A stretch of 64,000 nt of DNA from Mobula hypostoma (GCF_963921235.1 NC_086097.1:125242001-125306000), one strand, 5' to 3'; numbered from the stretch's first letter, positions 38,850 to 52,987 are shown. Translations and numbers: made by a program. Notes: a model not told the origin generated them from the sequence alone.

Positions 38850-39498
38850 CACTAAGTGGCCACTTTATTAGGTACCTCCTGTAGCCCATCCACTTCAAGG
38901 TTCAACATGTTGTGCATGCAGCCATGCTCTTTTGCACACCATTGTTGTATCACATGATTATTTGAGTTACTGTCACCTTCCTATCAGCTTGAACCAGTCT
39001 GGCCATTCTCCTCTGATCTCTCTCAATTACAAGGCACTTTTTCCCTCAGAACTGCCACTCACTGGATGTTTTTCATTTTCCACACCATTCTCTGTAAACT
39101 CTAGAGACTACTCAGATTTCAAATCTACTCCTCAAATTTTTTTCTCCAGTCCTGCCGAAGGGTTTCAGCCCAAGACGTCGACTGTACTTTTTTCTATAGA
39201 TGCTGCCTGGCCTGCTGAGTTCCTCCAGCATTTTGTGTGTGGAACTCTAGAGAATGTTGTGCATGAAAATCCCAGATCAACAGTTTCTGAGATCCTCAAA
39301 CCACCCTGTCTGGCACCAACAATTATTCCACGGTCAAAGTCACTGAGATCACATTTCTTCCTCATTCTGACATTTGGTCTGAACAGCAGCTGAACTTCTT
39401 GACCATGTCTGAATGTTTTTATGCATGGAGTGGCTGATTAGATTATTTACGTTAAGGAGTAGATGTACAGGTGTACCTAATAAAGTGGCCACTGAGTG
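38850..39498 (-). mobile_element. Non-autonomous Tc1-like element with nested PLE mini insert (39108-39242)
   Basis: TIRs cactaagtggccactttattagg and cctaataaagtggccactgagtg|TA. ORF 39165-39365(-) MRKKCDLSDFDRGIIVGARQGGLRISET is a Tc1 N-terminus. Insert TSD aactctagaga at 39097-39107 and 39243-39253. Confidence 0.85.
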
Positions 39499-41839
39499 TA
39501 TATGACAATAATAAGTTCAAGATATGATTGCAGAGGGGAAGAAGCTGTCCCTGTATCACTGAGTGTGGGAGTTCAACCTCCTTCCTGATTTTAGTAACAA
39601 AAGAAGGACATGTTCGAGGTAACGAAGGTTCTTTGTTATCTAGACATTACCTCCTGAAGATGACCTCGATGGTGGGGAGCATTGACTGAGGCTATAGCCC
39701 TCTACAGCCTCTTGTGATCCTCTGCATTGAAGGCTCTGTCCCAGGCTGTTCTGCAACCAGTCAGAATGCTCTGCGCCGTACATCTATAGAAATTTACAAG
39801 AACCTTTGGTGATAAACCAAATCTCCTCAAACTCCTAAGGAAGTAGTGCTGCCTTCATAATTTTGCATGATCCGAGACTCAAGTTCCTTTATAGTGCGTA
39901 CATCGAAGCGTGCAGTGAAAAGCGTCATTTGCGTTAACAACCAACACACCTGAGAGTGGACTGGGAGCAGCCACAGTGTCACCACACATTCCAGCACCAG
40001 CATAGCACACTCACCACACTTGATAGAACGACACAGAACACAACCAGCAACAAAGGCGCAACAGCAAAACAAGCCCAATTCCTCCCTTGCACGTACACAG
40101 TCCTTTAACCCCAAACACGAGGAAATTTGCAAATGTTGGAAATTCAAGCAATTCCTTTAGATGCTGCCTGGCCTGCTGCGTTCACCTTTAACCCTAAGGC
40201 GGGCCTCCAGTGTCCAGTGGAGTCAGGCCTGCAGACCATCATTGTGTTGGAAGCAAGAATATCACCACTTACCCGTAATGTCTTGAAAACATCTGAAATC
40301 CATTTTGAAGTCTACGATTCCAGAGAACTGGTCTCAAACTGTCATTTCTTCCCTCAAGTTTAGAAGAATGGTGGGGGGGGGGCGTGCGGGGAGGGACTCA
40401 TTAAAACCTATGGAACAGGCCGAGACAGAGAGTGGATGATGGAGGGGAGGCTTCCAAATTAAGATTCAGGTTGTATATTGTTATTCCTCAGTACACAAGT
40501 GTAAAGGAGAGCAAACTGATTGTTATGCCAGATGTGATGCAGCATAAACAAAAACACAGCAATCATAAAGAACGCAAGTTTAAAGATAAAGAAATACAAT
40601 AAATGTAAAAACAATCCTATAAGATATAATGTATATTTCCACGCTGACAGGAAATGATAAAGTGACAAAGTGACTCTTGTTTGGCAAGCGGAACTCTTCT
40701 GGGCAGCAGCAGTGACCGTGACTGTGTCACTGTAGGTATAAGGTGTGGAGTGTAACTGTGAAGTGGCAGTGCATAGGGGATGAAGGGTGCTGGGGGCAGT
40801 TGAGCACCAGAGGGCACAGCCTTCGAATAAGAGGACGTCCCTTTAGAACAGAGGTGAGGAGGGATACATGCAGCCAGGGGGTAGTGAATCTGTGAATTCA
40901 TTACCACAGACAACTGTAGAGGCCAAGTCACTGGGTATATTTAAAGCAGAGATTGATAGGTTCTTGATTAGTTAGGGCAGCAAATATAACGGGGAGAAGG
41001 CTGGGGAATGGAGTTGAAAGAAATAATAAATCAGCATTGATTAAATGGCAGAGCAGACTTAATTGGCTGAATGGCCTAGTTATGCTCCCATGTCTTGTCT
41101 TATGTCTTATTTCCACTGTTCATAATGTATCTTAACTCATCCAATACACAGTTTCATACATAGTAGCTCTCTCTTCCCTATATTTACAGTGTTACTTATG
41201 TAAATTTGACTTTGAATAGTGGAAATATTTTACCATTTTGATTTCCCCTGTTAGGCTGAATTGAGTATTGAATCATAACTTCTGCACTCTGCCCAACATA
41301 ATGCTTCAATAACCATATAAACAAAACCACGGCCATTATTGTACCAGCCCCATTTTTGTACCACGTCATTTTTGCGACCTCTCAGACCTGAAGCACGGTT
41401 TGTACCTTACTGTAGAATGGTGGTCAGTAAGAATCTTATTTGAATTTTCACAACTGTGCAATTTCTTTTGGGGCAACTTCTATTCTGAAGGTGACGGCAC
41501 ACATTAAGCTTGCCATTCATAGAAATAATTGACGTTCATTTGGTAGTGACTTGGTTGCTTTTCTGCTCTGTAATATAAAACTTGCAAAACTGAGCAAAAA
41601 CTATCTGCAGAAGGAATTGGCTACCTAGTAAAATAAATACATTGCATTTACACTGGAGACTTTCTACTGATAGAGACAGTCTCCAATTAAGTAATGAGGA
41701 AAAACTGCTGTGGTGTTTAAAGGCATGTATTCAGTCTCAATTTATTTCAGGTGTCGTTTAACTGGATGCTATTTTCTCTTAAAACTGTTTCGTGCATGTT
41801 TTTAATAGAACTCCCTTCCATTAATGTGCAAAGTGCCTA

Positions 41840-42915
41840 GAGCACACAATACAGGCCCTTCTGCCCACGATGTTGAGTCACCCTTTTAAGCTACTCTTAA
41901 GATCAATTTAACCCTTTCCCCTGACATAACCCTCAAGTTTTCTATCATCCATGTGCCTGAGTGTTTCTAAAACGTCCCTGATATATCTGCCTCTACCACT
42001 ACCACCGGCAGGACTTTACATGCACTCACTACTCTCTGTGTTAAAAAAAAAACCCTCCTGACAACCTACTATACTTTCTCCGATCACCTTAAGATTATGT
42101 CACCTTTTATTAGCCATTTCCACCCTGGGGAAAGTTTCTGGCCATCCACTCGATATATGACTCTTGTTATCCTGTGCATGGCCGGTTGGTGACGCCATGG
42201 CATCAGCGCCAGACTCCAGAGTGAAGGCTCCCGAGTTCGAATCCAAGTCAGGCCACCCCCCCACCGAGCACGCTTTCCATCCATGCTGGGTTGAGCGTCG
42301 AGCTAGCCACTCGGCCTTGTTAAAAAAAAGGTCAGGAACGTTCATATCGTGACCCGGTTAATCCGAAAGGAGACCGATCCTGACACCATGCGCCAGACAA
42401 GAATAGCTGACTGTCTGGTGGGACGTGCAAAAAAAAATCTTGTGCATCTCTATCAAGGCACTTCTCATCCTCCTTTTCTCCAAGGAGAAAAGCCCAAGCT
42501 TGTTCAACCTATCCTCATAAGACATGCTCTCTAATCCAGGCAGCATCTTACTAAATCTCCTCAGCACCCTCTCTAAAGGTTTCAGATCCTTCCTATTTAA
42601 TGTGACAACTGGAACTGAAAACAGTATTTCCAATGTGGTCTATCCAGGGCTTTATAGAGCTGCAACATTACCTTGTGCTTCTTAAACTCAGTCCCCTGAC
42701 TAATGAAGGCCAACACACCATAAGCCTTCTTAGCCCCAAGATGCCTCTGTTCCTCCACACTGCTAAGAAACCTGCCATTAACCCTATATTCTGCCTTCAA
42801 ATCCGATTTCCAACGTGTATCACTGCATAAATTCCCAGTGGAAATTCATCTGCCACTCCCCAGCCCAGCTCTGCGTCTTGTAACCTGCAGCAACCTTCTA
42901 CACTGTCCACAACTC
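41840..42915 (-). mobile_element. CR1-like LINE 3' fragment
   Basis: Remnants LQLYKALDRPH, LERVLRRFSKMLPGL, LGLFSLEKRRMR. Confidence 0.8.
42180..42436 (+). mobile_element. tRNA-derived SINE (third family) with structured 3' part and A-tail
   Basis: tRNA-like head with B box gagttcgaatcc and an A9 tail. TSD atcctgtgcat (42169-42179) / atcttgtgcat (42437-42447). Confidence 0.8.
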
Positions 42916-43280
42916 CGCCTGCCTACATACAGAAAATATTTAAAGGGCTGTAATTTTGTTTTTGTTGTAGGATTAGAATTAGAAGCAATGATCAACAGTG
43001 TAAAGGAAATAAATGCTGATATGAAGTTGTATAATTAGTCTTTAATTGTCCCATGATAATTTTTACTTCTTGCAAAGTTTTCTTGAAAAAATTGCTGGCA
43101 TGAGCCTACTAAGAGTAAGAGACTGTGGCTGGCTACAGAGTAATATTGATACCAATATAGAAGTGTAAAACATGCTCATATGCTAATCTTCAAATGAGGA
43201 ATAACAGGATAATGTGAGCCAGATAAAGGTTCAAAACTTTGTAATTTTTTGGAAAATATAATCTTAACAAATCTGACTAA

Positions 43281-43409
<129 letters not shown>

Positions 43410-43487
43410 TGACTGTGTAAATGCAGCTTCTCTGAGGTGAGCTACAATGACAAAACAGGAATTTCCAATGGCAATGGCCTTGATTTG

Positions 43488-43750
43488 GGGCGGCACGGCA
43501 GCATAGCAGCTAGTGTAACGCTGTTGAGGTGCCAGCAACCCAGGTTCAATTCTGTCCACTACCTGTAAAGTGTTTATATATTCTCTCCGAGACCATGTGG
43601 GTTTCCTCCGAGTGCTCTAGTTTCCTCCAGCGTTGCAAAGATGTAAGGGTTATGAGGTTAATTGGTCACATGGGTGTAATAGGGTGATGCAGAGTCATTA
43701 AGCCGGAGGGGCCTGTTACTGCGCTGTATCTCTAAATAAATAAATGAATA
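43488..43750 (+). mobile_element. tRNA-derived SINE (V-SINE/HE1-like) with CR1-like tail
   Basis: Head gggcggcacggcagcatagc...caggttcaattc; tail gggcctgttactgcgctgtatctctaaataaa. Related copies at 32460-32705, 50790-51090, 51215-51440(-), 57560-57720 and 63855-64000. Confidence 0.75.
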
Positions 43751-44274
43751 AATACTATAAAAACATTAATTATTATAGATGTGTATTTTAGTTTTCACTA
43801 GCTGGATAGACTAGAGGTTTATGTTCCTTTGTATAGAGTTTTAGGGTAATTATGTTTTGATATTTTTTGGGTTCTCATCCACTTTAGGCTGCTGCTCTGT
43901 GAACCAAAACAGTTTCACATGCCTGTGCTTGAGGAGAAAACCCAGAAGTGATGGCTTTGATTGTCATCATCAAATCCAATTCTCCACTTCACAGAAATGA
44001 TCAGTGGATTGAAATGAGTAGTAAAACTGTTCCCAGCTCGTGGCTGAAATTTCTTCTCGCATCTAAAAATCAATAGGTTGAGCGAGCTAGGGCTTTTCTC
44101 TCTGGAACGGAAGAGGACGAGCGGTGACTTGATAAAAATGTACAAGATGATAAGAGAATGGATACCCAGAGACTTTTTTCCCAGGACAGAAATGGTTAAT
44201 ACTGTATGAGGAGGTATAATTTTAATTTTGGACCAGAGTATTGGGGGGAATGTCAGATAAGTGCACAGAGAGGG

Positions 44275-44301
44275 GTGTGTGTGTGTGTGTGTGTGTGTGT
44301 G
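44275..44301. repeat. (GT)n microsatellite inside a CR1 3' fragment (~44075-44470, +)
   Basis: Direct reading. Confidence 0.9.
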
Positions 44302-44494
44302 AGAAACATCAACAGGAGTGGTGGAAGAGGCAGATACATTAGGGGCATTTAAGAAATTCTTAGGTAGGCAGATGAACATTAGAGAAATAGAGGGCTATGT
44401 AGGAGAGAAAAGTTAGATTGATCTTAGAGCAGGTTTAAAGGTTGACACAACATCATGGGCTGAAGGACCTATATTGATTAAACTTATTAAGATT

Positions 44495-45370
44495 AAAGTA
44501 AATTTATTATTAAAGTATGTACTTGTTACTATATATTACCCTGAGATTCATTTTCTTGCTGCATTTACAGGAAAATAAAGAAATACAATAGAATTTATGA
44601 AAAACTTTATACATAAGCAAAGATTGACAAACAGCCAATGTGCAAAAGAAGATAAATTGTGCAAATAGAAAATAAGTAAAACCGAGAATGTGAGTTTTCG
44701 CGTCCTTGAACGTGAGACTGTGGGTTGTGGAGTCAATTCAGAGTTGAGGTGAGTGAAGTTATCCTCACTGGTTCAGGAGCCTGATGGTTGAAGGATAATA
44801 ACCGTTCCTGAACCTGGTGGTGTGGAACCTAAGGTTGCAGTACTTCTTGCCTAACGGTAGTAGCGAGAAGAGAGAACAGCCTGGGTAGTGGGGGGTGTCC
44901 TTGATGATGGATGCTGCTTTCTTTTGACAACAGTCCACGTAAGTAAGCTCAATGGTGAGGAGAGCTTTGCCTATGATAGAGTGGGCTGTATCTACCACTT
45001 TCTGTAGACTTTTCTGTCCCCTGGCCCTTGGTGTTTCCGTACCAAGCCATTATGCAACCAGTTATGATGCTCTCCACTATGCATCTATAGAGGTTCGTCA
45101 AAGTTTCAGGTGACATTATGAATCTACACAGATTTCTATTAAAGTAGAAGTTTTGTTGTGCGTTCTTTGTGATGGCATTTATGTGCTGGTCCCAGCACAG
45201 GTCCTCTGATATGATGACGCCGAGCAATTTAACGTCACTGACCTTCTCCAGCTCCTGATGCCCTCATGAGACTGGCTCATGGACCTCTACTTTCCTCCTC
45301 CTGTAGTCAATGATCAGCTGTTTGGTTTTGCTGACATTGAGTGAGATGTTGTTATGGTGCCAACCAACCA
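44495..45370 (-). mobile_element. Rex1/Babar-like LINE 3' fragment
   Basis: Remnants LGVIISEDLCW, LYRCIVESIITGCIMAWYG, FSLLPLGKKY, TTRFRNGYYP. Confidence 0.8.
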
Positions 45371-47593
45371 AATTTTCACATGGTGAGGAACAACGTGGTA
45401 CAAAGATTGATTTACAGTGACCATGAAAGCATTAGATTGGAAAAAGATATTGATGATTTGCTGAGCACAGCAGAAATGTAGCACACTTCATTACCACACA
45501 CTATACTTTTGGGAAGGTGGTATATACAACAAATGGAGGATAATAAGTAATGTAGAACAAAGGGACTTTTGGAGTGTTTGTCACCAACCCTTAAGGGCAT
45601 GGTAATGTAACAGTTAACACCATCACCTTACAGCACCAGTGATCACCCATTGGGGTTTAATTCCCACCGGTGTTGGTAAGGAATTTGTATGTTTTCTCCC
45701 AAGACCGCTTGGGTTTCTTCCCGTTTCCTTCCACTTTCCAAAGGTGTACAGTTAGGGATAGTAAGTTGTGTGCGTGTTATGTCGGCGTCGGAAGTGCAGT
45801 GACACCTGTGGGCTGCCCCCAGCACAACACTCGCTGGTTTGATTTGACACAAACACTCTGTTTTGGTGTATATGTGACAAATAAAGCTGATCGTTAATCT
45901 TTATCAGGACAGGTCAATAAACTGGTTACAGAAGCTTTCCTTCATTAGAATGCAGGAGTAGAAAAGCTAAACTAGAAGTATGCTTGATGGTAATTAGACC
46001 ACAATTTATGTACTACTTCGAACTTCGATCAGCATATTATAGAAATGATGTGACTGTACTGGAGAGGGTGAAGAGTATGTCGGTGCTGTGAGGAAGGATT
46101 AGATGAGCTTGGGTTGTTTACCTTCCTAAGGGAAGACTTAATTGAAGTGTACACAATAACGAGGGGTTGAGTTAGGCACAGCCCATTTTACGCCTTTTCC
46201 CCTCTGTAAAGGCACTAGAGACCAAACGGCATGGAATTGAAGGAATTGTTAAGGAGGTCATGGGGAAATGAGTGTGGCACAGAGGTGTAGTAGTGACTTT
46301 ACAGTGACAGCGATCACTGATCACGGCTTCATTTCTGCCTGTGTCTCAAAGGAGTTTGTACCTTCTCCCCGTGACTACGTGGATTTCTTCCAGGTGCACC
46401 AGCTACAAAGGGTTGGGAAGTTGTGCCATGCTATGTTGATGCTGAAAGCATGGCAACACTTGCGGGCTGGCTCTGGCGCAATCATTGGGCCATGTTGGTC
46501 AATGATGTAAAACACCCATTTCATTGTATGTTTCAATGTACAAGTGACAAATGAAGTTCATTTTTATCTTTAATTGTTTCTCAATCAGAGGATGGTGAGT
46601 GTCTGGAACTTGCTGCCATCACATTTAAATGCGTTTGGATGTTTATGTAGAGTTCTGATCTGCAGGTCTGGAAATCTATGTTCGATTAGGCTTGTTACAG
46701 TCTTGCACAGATTCAATGGACCAAGTGGTAATCTAGTGTGTGTAATAAATTCTCCATAGGCTTACCCATTATAAATTTGTTTTCATCTATGGGGTTATTG
46801 TATATGGGATTTACACATCACTAATGATTCTAAGGAATTTAGGTTTAAGTATGTGGGATTTTAGCTTTAGTGCATGGGATTGCATGGGATTTTATGTATA
46901 TGGAATATTAAATTTAAGTATATAGGATTTTAATTTCATTAATGATTTTAAGGATTTTAACCTCACTAATAATGACTTTTGCTGGCCATTAGTGTGCATC
47001 ATGGTTCTCTTATGAAAAGTAACAAATGACTGAATGAAATATTAGTATTTGTACATGAGGCTCCTTTTTGGAAATGTTCATGTTTCCTCTCACAACAGTC
47101 AGTTTGTTCATGATTAGATAAGGATTAACTTTATTTGTTGCATGTACATCGAACATACAGTGAAATGCATCAAATCAGCAAGGGTGTGCTGGGGGCAGCC
47201 CACAAGTGTCACCATGCTTCCGATGCCAACTCAACATGCCCACAACGTAGTAAACCTAACCCAGACGTCTGTGGAATGTGGAGGGAATCTAGAGTAACCA
47301 GAGGAAAGCCAAGCGGTCACGTAGAGAATATAAACAGCAGTGGGAATTGAACCCCAATTGGTGATTGCTGGCTGGCACTGTAAAGTGATGCACTAACCCC
47401 GCCGCTTCAATGCCGCCCCAATGGTGTCTTGTCTCTGAGGGAAACAAATCATCAGCCGCTGCTTTTGTTTTGCAGCCAGTTTTCCAAAGCACACTGAAGT
47501 GCTCCAACATAAACATCACATGAATTGTTGACATTGATTTTTGTCTTTCTTTATGTGAAGAAAACCGTCTTGAAAACGTTCTGTGGTCATTTC

Positions 47594-47595
<2 letters not shown>

Positions 47596-47624
<29 letters not shown>
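47596..47624. repeat. (TG)n microsatellite
   Basis: Direct reading. Confidence 0.9.
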
Positions 47625-47628
<4 letters not shown>

Positions 47629-47629
47629 G

Positions 47630-48320
47630 TTTAACCTTTAAACACCAAAAACAAATCAAGAAAATAGCCAGAATTCCCTTCGTTTATTTGGGACTCTATG
47701 CCGCTTAATTGGGACAGGAGTCTGTTGCCGGACAGTTTCTGACTAGCGTCAGTCGTGTGTACATCATGTGGCCGTTAGTCATTACACCGTGCTTAGAACA
47801 GTTTTTAAATAGCGTTGCTTGCGTGTTTGTGTTCAAAAAGCAGTGATTTTTGTCACTGATGGCTGGCAAGTCATAATCAGTATTCAGAACCGTTTTGCTC
47901 ACTGCAGTTTCAAGCATTCAGGATTGGAGATGCCAGAAATGGCCAGGAGTGGAAATGAAACAATTTCACTTCTTCATCAGTGAAAGGACTGCTTGAAGAC
48001 AGTCCAATATCTGCTCTAATTGTTTGTGCTGATTTTGTTCATTTACAGTCAATCAAAAAACACATCAGTGTGCACTGCATGAATTCCTCTGTCGATAACT
48101 ATTAGGAACTAATGCACAGTTTTGTAGTACTGTAATAGGTTTGGTAGTGTTCTAATTTGTTCTATATTTTTAACTATGTCATTTATTACTCAGTTCATCA
48201 GTAGTTTGTCTTTGTTATACCTTTTTAACTATTTCCATGAAATTTTGGCTCATTGGGACAGCCAGTTAATTGTGTCATAATGTACTGGTCCCGATGTGTT
48301 CCAATCAACTGGAATCCTGT
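47630..48320 (+). mobile_element. Tigger/pogo-like non-autonomous element, copy A
   Basis: Reverse-complement similarity to 58349-59172; end ...ctggtcccgatgtgttccaatcaactggaatcc. Confidence 0.6.
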
Positions 48321-50139
48321 GTGTGTGTGACAGAACAGGTTGGCAATGCTAATTCTCCCGTTAACCTTGCCCCTTTGCCCGGTTAGTCACTCCTCCTTGT
48401 CCTGTCCCTGCTCTGGTTTCCCCAGTAGTTCACACACTTTGCCCTCCCATTCTGAAGTTCTTGAGAGTTCACCATTTATACACCCCAGCAGTAAAACAGT
48501 CACCAGCTTGGCTAATCAAAACAATCCCTTCAGTTAGCGTGTTCTACTGGTTTGTAGCTCATAAAAATAAGGATTCTAGACACAGGCATTCCAGTTCATT
48601 TATTTTCACTCACACCATTACATCAGTTTGTAGACAGAACAGTTTCAAAGGTCCGAGGGACAGTTTGGGTGTCCTAAAATAATGCCAGGGTTAGTGGGAG
48701 CAGGCACACTACACCCTACTCAAGCAACACCACCAGTGGGGTGATATTATTTATTTTACGTACAGTATATACAACTGAACATGAGGAGACTGATCTATGG
48801 GTCTAACTAAGGTACTTGTTGTGGAATAAAACTGTAGGATGTTAGAATCACTATTTAAAATGTTCCATTTCTGCATCTGAAATAGTTACTATGGTCTGAT
48901 CATGTGATTTCACCCCCCCCCCCCACACACACACACCCAGACCAACATGTTCCTTCTAGACTGGGCAGAGCCAGATTGAAGCCTTCAGTCTGGCTTTGCT
49001 AGAGAGGTGCTGAGGTTGGATTTGACAGTTGGTGAATAGTTATATTGGAAAGTTAACGACAAAGTGTACGTTTGTTTTCATTTGTCTATTTGCAAATACT
49101 GTTTTTCTTCACAGCGTTTGGCAGCTTTTGCATTTTTTTTTTCACCTGCGCTAAATAAAACCCCTTTGCATTAATGTACCATTGTGACTTAGCATCTGTA
49201 TTATTTTCAACTGGTGACCTTTGTCAGGCATGTTCCCCACGCCTTATTGATAGCGAGGTGTGACTCTGTGTGTGTGTGTGTGTATGTATACACACATACA
49301 TACACATATACTGTTGTTGACTTCAATACATAAGTATCAAAGTGCATTTTTCTGTGCTCCTCTGCTATATGTCAGGGTTCGGGTACTGAGGAAACAACTG
49401 TTTGGATAATGGGGTTGGATGGATACATTTTTTGTCAACAGCTGTTTTAAAATAATTTTCAGAGATTTTGGTTCCCATTCCTCCTTTGATAATAAAAGTT
49501 TTTCCACTGAATGTTGAAATAACTGTAGTGCTGGCCTGCAAGGTGCGTTGCATGATACTACAAGGGACCAGGGAAGCATCGCTTCCAGTTTCCTTGAGTT
49601 CATTGAGTCACGGAATGCCGTGTTCCAACTTGTTGGAATCTGAGCTTCAACATTTTCCACAGTACTGTATCAGATCGCAGCAAAAAGTTCTTTTTTTGTA
49701 GTTAGTCTTGCTACGCGTCACCTCACTGTGTAGTTACTAAATGCAGGAAAGCCCAAGATACGTTTACTGCATTGCCTTGATCCCTTAGTCCAAGAATTCA
49801 ATGAATTTAGTCAAACCTGATCATTCAGTTTGCATTTGATTTCTTTTGTTCATTCACCAATATTTCTCTATTACATTTTTGTAAAGATTTCTTTATATTT
49901 TTAACCCATTGTTGTCAAATAAATTGGAATTCTCAAGGACAATGGTCTTTTTTTAATAATGCAGAGAAGTACCACATTTATCTTTAAATCAGTTTTTTGA
50001 TGAACTTTTATAGATATGCAATAGTAAATCCATCTCTCCTGCAATTTCAGTCGGTGCTGATGCAGTCTCTCTGAATCAGGAGACCTTCTTTGTCCAATTT
50101 TGCCTTTTTGTAAACTCCACCCTTTTAGGTTCCCTGAGA

Positions 50140-50685
50140 ACATAGAAACCTACAGCACATTACAGGCCCTTCAGCCCACAATGTTGTGCCAACCATGTAA
50201 CCTACTCTAGAAACTGCCTAGAATTACCCTACTGCATAGCCCTCTATTTTTCTAAGCTCCATGTACCTGTCTAAGAGTCTCTTAAAAGACCCGATTGTAT
50301 CCGCCTCCACCACTGTCACCAACAGTGCATTCCACACACCCACCACTCTCTGCGTGAAAAACTTATCTCTGACATTCTCCTTGTACCTACTTCTAAGCAC
50401 CTTAAAACTATGCCCTCTTGTGTTAGCTACTTGAGCCCTGGGAAAAAGCCTCTGACTATCCACATGATCAATGCCTCTCATCATCTTAAATACCTCCATC
50501 AGGTCACCTCTCATCCTCCATCACTCCAAGGAGAAAAGGACAAGTTCACCCAACCTATAAGGCATGCTCTCCAATCCGAGCAACATCCTTGTAAATCTCC
50601 TCCACAATCTTTTTAGGGTGTCCACATCCTTCCTGTAGTGAGGTGACCAGAAGTGAACACAGTACTCCAAGTGGGGTCTGACCAA
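50140..50685 (-). mobile_element. CR1-like LINE 3' end
   Basis: ORF 50224-50514(-) MRGDLMEVFKMMRGID...TRGHSFK...FFTQRVVGVWNAL; terminal (ttctatgt) tail. Confidence 0.88.
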
Positions 50686-52044
50686 GAAATCCCAAAGTTA
50701 TTTTTCCCTGATGGATTGGAAGGTTCAATTGTGAATTTATTCATAGAACAGGGAGTTCCTCTTTATTTATCATCTTGGAAAGAGCTATAGGGTGGCTCAG
50801 TGATGCAGCCAGTGCCACATGTTCCATCCTGACCTTTATTTACACATTCCTCCTGTGACCATGTGGGTTTCCTCCAGTCATGCAATACAGTACCTTCCCA
50901 CATCCCAAAGATGTGTCGGTTGGTCGGTTAATTGGCACTGCAAATAGTCCCTAGTGTGCAGGTGAGTGGTAGAATCTTGGGAAAGGGGTTGTGGAGAGAG
51001 GTAATAAGATCTGGGGGAGAATAAAATGGGTTCAGTGTAAATGGGAGTGTGATTATTGTGGCCAGGAAGGCCTTTTCCTGTGCTGTAACACCCCGTGTTT
51101 GTGCCAAACGACAGCACTCATGCATATTGTGGTTTTGAAACCTGAAGGTTTTTCTCAGTATGTCAAACAATACCTTCTTGTATGAATTTGACAACAGTAT
51201 CAGAATAATAAATCTTATTTAGCGATATTGCATGGTAGCAGGCTGTTCCAGCCCAACAAGTCCACGCCACCCAAGTACACTCATGAGACCAATTAGCCTA
51301 CTATCCCATGCATCTTTGGAATGTGGGAGCACCCAGTGGACAGCCACAGGGAGAACATTCAAACTCCTTACAGACAGTGGCACGAATTGAGCCCGGGTCA
51401 CTGGCACTGTAGTAGTGTTACACCAACCACTATGCTGCCACATCACCCACAGTTCACAAAATCCATGTCCCCACCTGCTCCTGATCAGCATCGCATTAGT
51501 TCTAATTACCTGCGAAAGATTCGGTGCCCTTTGACATTTGCAATTTAGTCGTTTCTGTTTTGTAACTATGTTGCTTGTTTTAAAGATTAATTTAGTAGCA
51601 TGAACCAGAGAAGTTTGGAGAGATTTTATCTCTAATGTTTTTTTTCCCTTCTTTAGAGACACTTCAACATGAGCTCTTGTATAACACAGAGATTATTTTG
51701 GATTAGATCTGGTTTTGATGCCCTTCGCATTTGTCCCTGCCACTGACATGACTTGCACTGGGTTGAATGTGAAGCTTGTGACACTGTGTCCCAAAAAGGA
51801 GAATATAGAAAGAAAGTTTGAAGTTGTGTGGGTGGGTGGTGGGTAATGCCAAAAGGAACTCCTTGTGTGGGGCCTCATTCTGCTAAAACAGCATCTCTAG
51901 ATTTTATTTTTAAGGGTTAGCTGTGTCTCTACATGTTGTAGATAAATACTTAACAGCAAGTTTCAACAAGTTATTGTCATTAGGAGATACCTTGGTCTGC
52001 TGTGGGTTCAACAGTCAAAAATATTTGTACGTACATGTCATAAA

Positions 52045-52410
52045 CATAAGGTTCTGCAGATGCTGGAAATACAGATTAACACACACACAAAATGTTGGAG
52101 GAATTCAGCAGGTCAGGCAGCATCAATGGAGGGAAATAAACAGTCTACATTTTGGGCTGACATCTTTCATCATGTCTGGAAAGGAAGTGGGCAGAAGCCA
52201 CAATAAGAAGGTTGGGGAGAAGGGGAAGCGTAAAAAGGTGGCAGGTGATAGGTGAGACCATTTAAGGGTGGAGGGGGGTGATGAGGTAAGAAGCTGGGAG
52301 GTGATAGGTGGAAGAGGTAAAGGGCTGGAGAAGAAGGAATCTGATAGGAGAGGAAAGTAGACCATGAGAGAAAGGGAAGGAAGAGAGACACCAGAGGGAG
52401 GCGATGGGTA
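52045..52410 (-). mobile_element. Decayed PLE 3' module
   Basis: ctgcagatgctggaaat...aaaatgttggaggaattcagcaggtcaggcagcatc followed by the purine-rich tract. Confidence 0.7.
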
Positions 52411-52891
52411 GTTGCAGGATATTTGAGGCCATTGAAACTGTATCTTCAAAGAGAAACCGCAGGGTTGTGAAGACTGCAGAAATCATAATACCCCCTATTA
52501 CATTTAAACAAAATTGGAAGAATAAATTTAGAGTAAGGGATAAGAGATTTGAGGAGGCTTTTCTGGAGACTTTTCTGTGTCTGGACATTGGTATTTCCGT
52601 ACCAGGCCATGATACATCAGTTAGGATATTCTGCACTGTGTGTCTGTAGAAGTCTATCAGAGTTTTAGTCTCTCAGAAAGTAGAGGTGCTGTTCTGCCTT
52701 CTTTGTGATGACACTTATGTGCTGGTCCAAGGACAGATCATCTGATATAAAGGCAGGAAGCTTAAAGTTACTCACCCTCTCTGCCTCATATGGCGGACTG
52801 GCTCACGGACCTCATCCCTATCACTGTGCACAACTTCAGAAAAGAGCTTTCTTACCATGGCCTATAAGCATCTTCCAAGGAATAGAGTTAT

Positions 52892-52987
52892 GTCCTGATG
52901 AAGGGTCTCGGCCTGAAACGTCGACTGTGCTTCTTCCTATGGATGCTGCCTGGCCTGCTGCGTTCCACCAGCATTTTGTGTGTGTTG
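52892..52987 (+). mobile_element. 96-bp PLE-derived mini insertion starting with an intact hammerhead motif (52892-52925)
   Basis: gtcctgatgaagggtctcggcctgaaacgtcgac. 15-bp TSD aaggaatagagttat at 52877-52891 and 52988-53002. Confidence 0.88.

Noticed and set aside
42180..42255. tRNA gene (CCA anticodon-like loop)
   Set aside because: No proper acceptor stem or terminator. It continues into a SINE body flanked by a TSD. The same applies to the other SINE heads.
48326..48746. Possible solo LTR (tgtgaca ... ggggtgata)
   Set aside because: One terminus is imperfect, there is no TSD, TATA and poly(A) signals are not in a convincing order, and there is no second copy.
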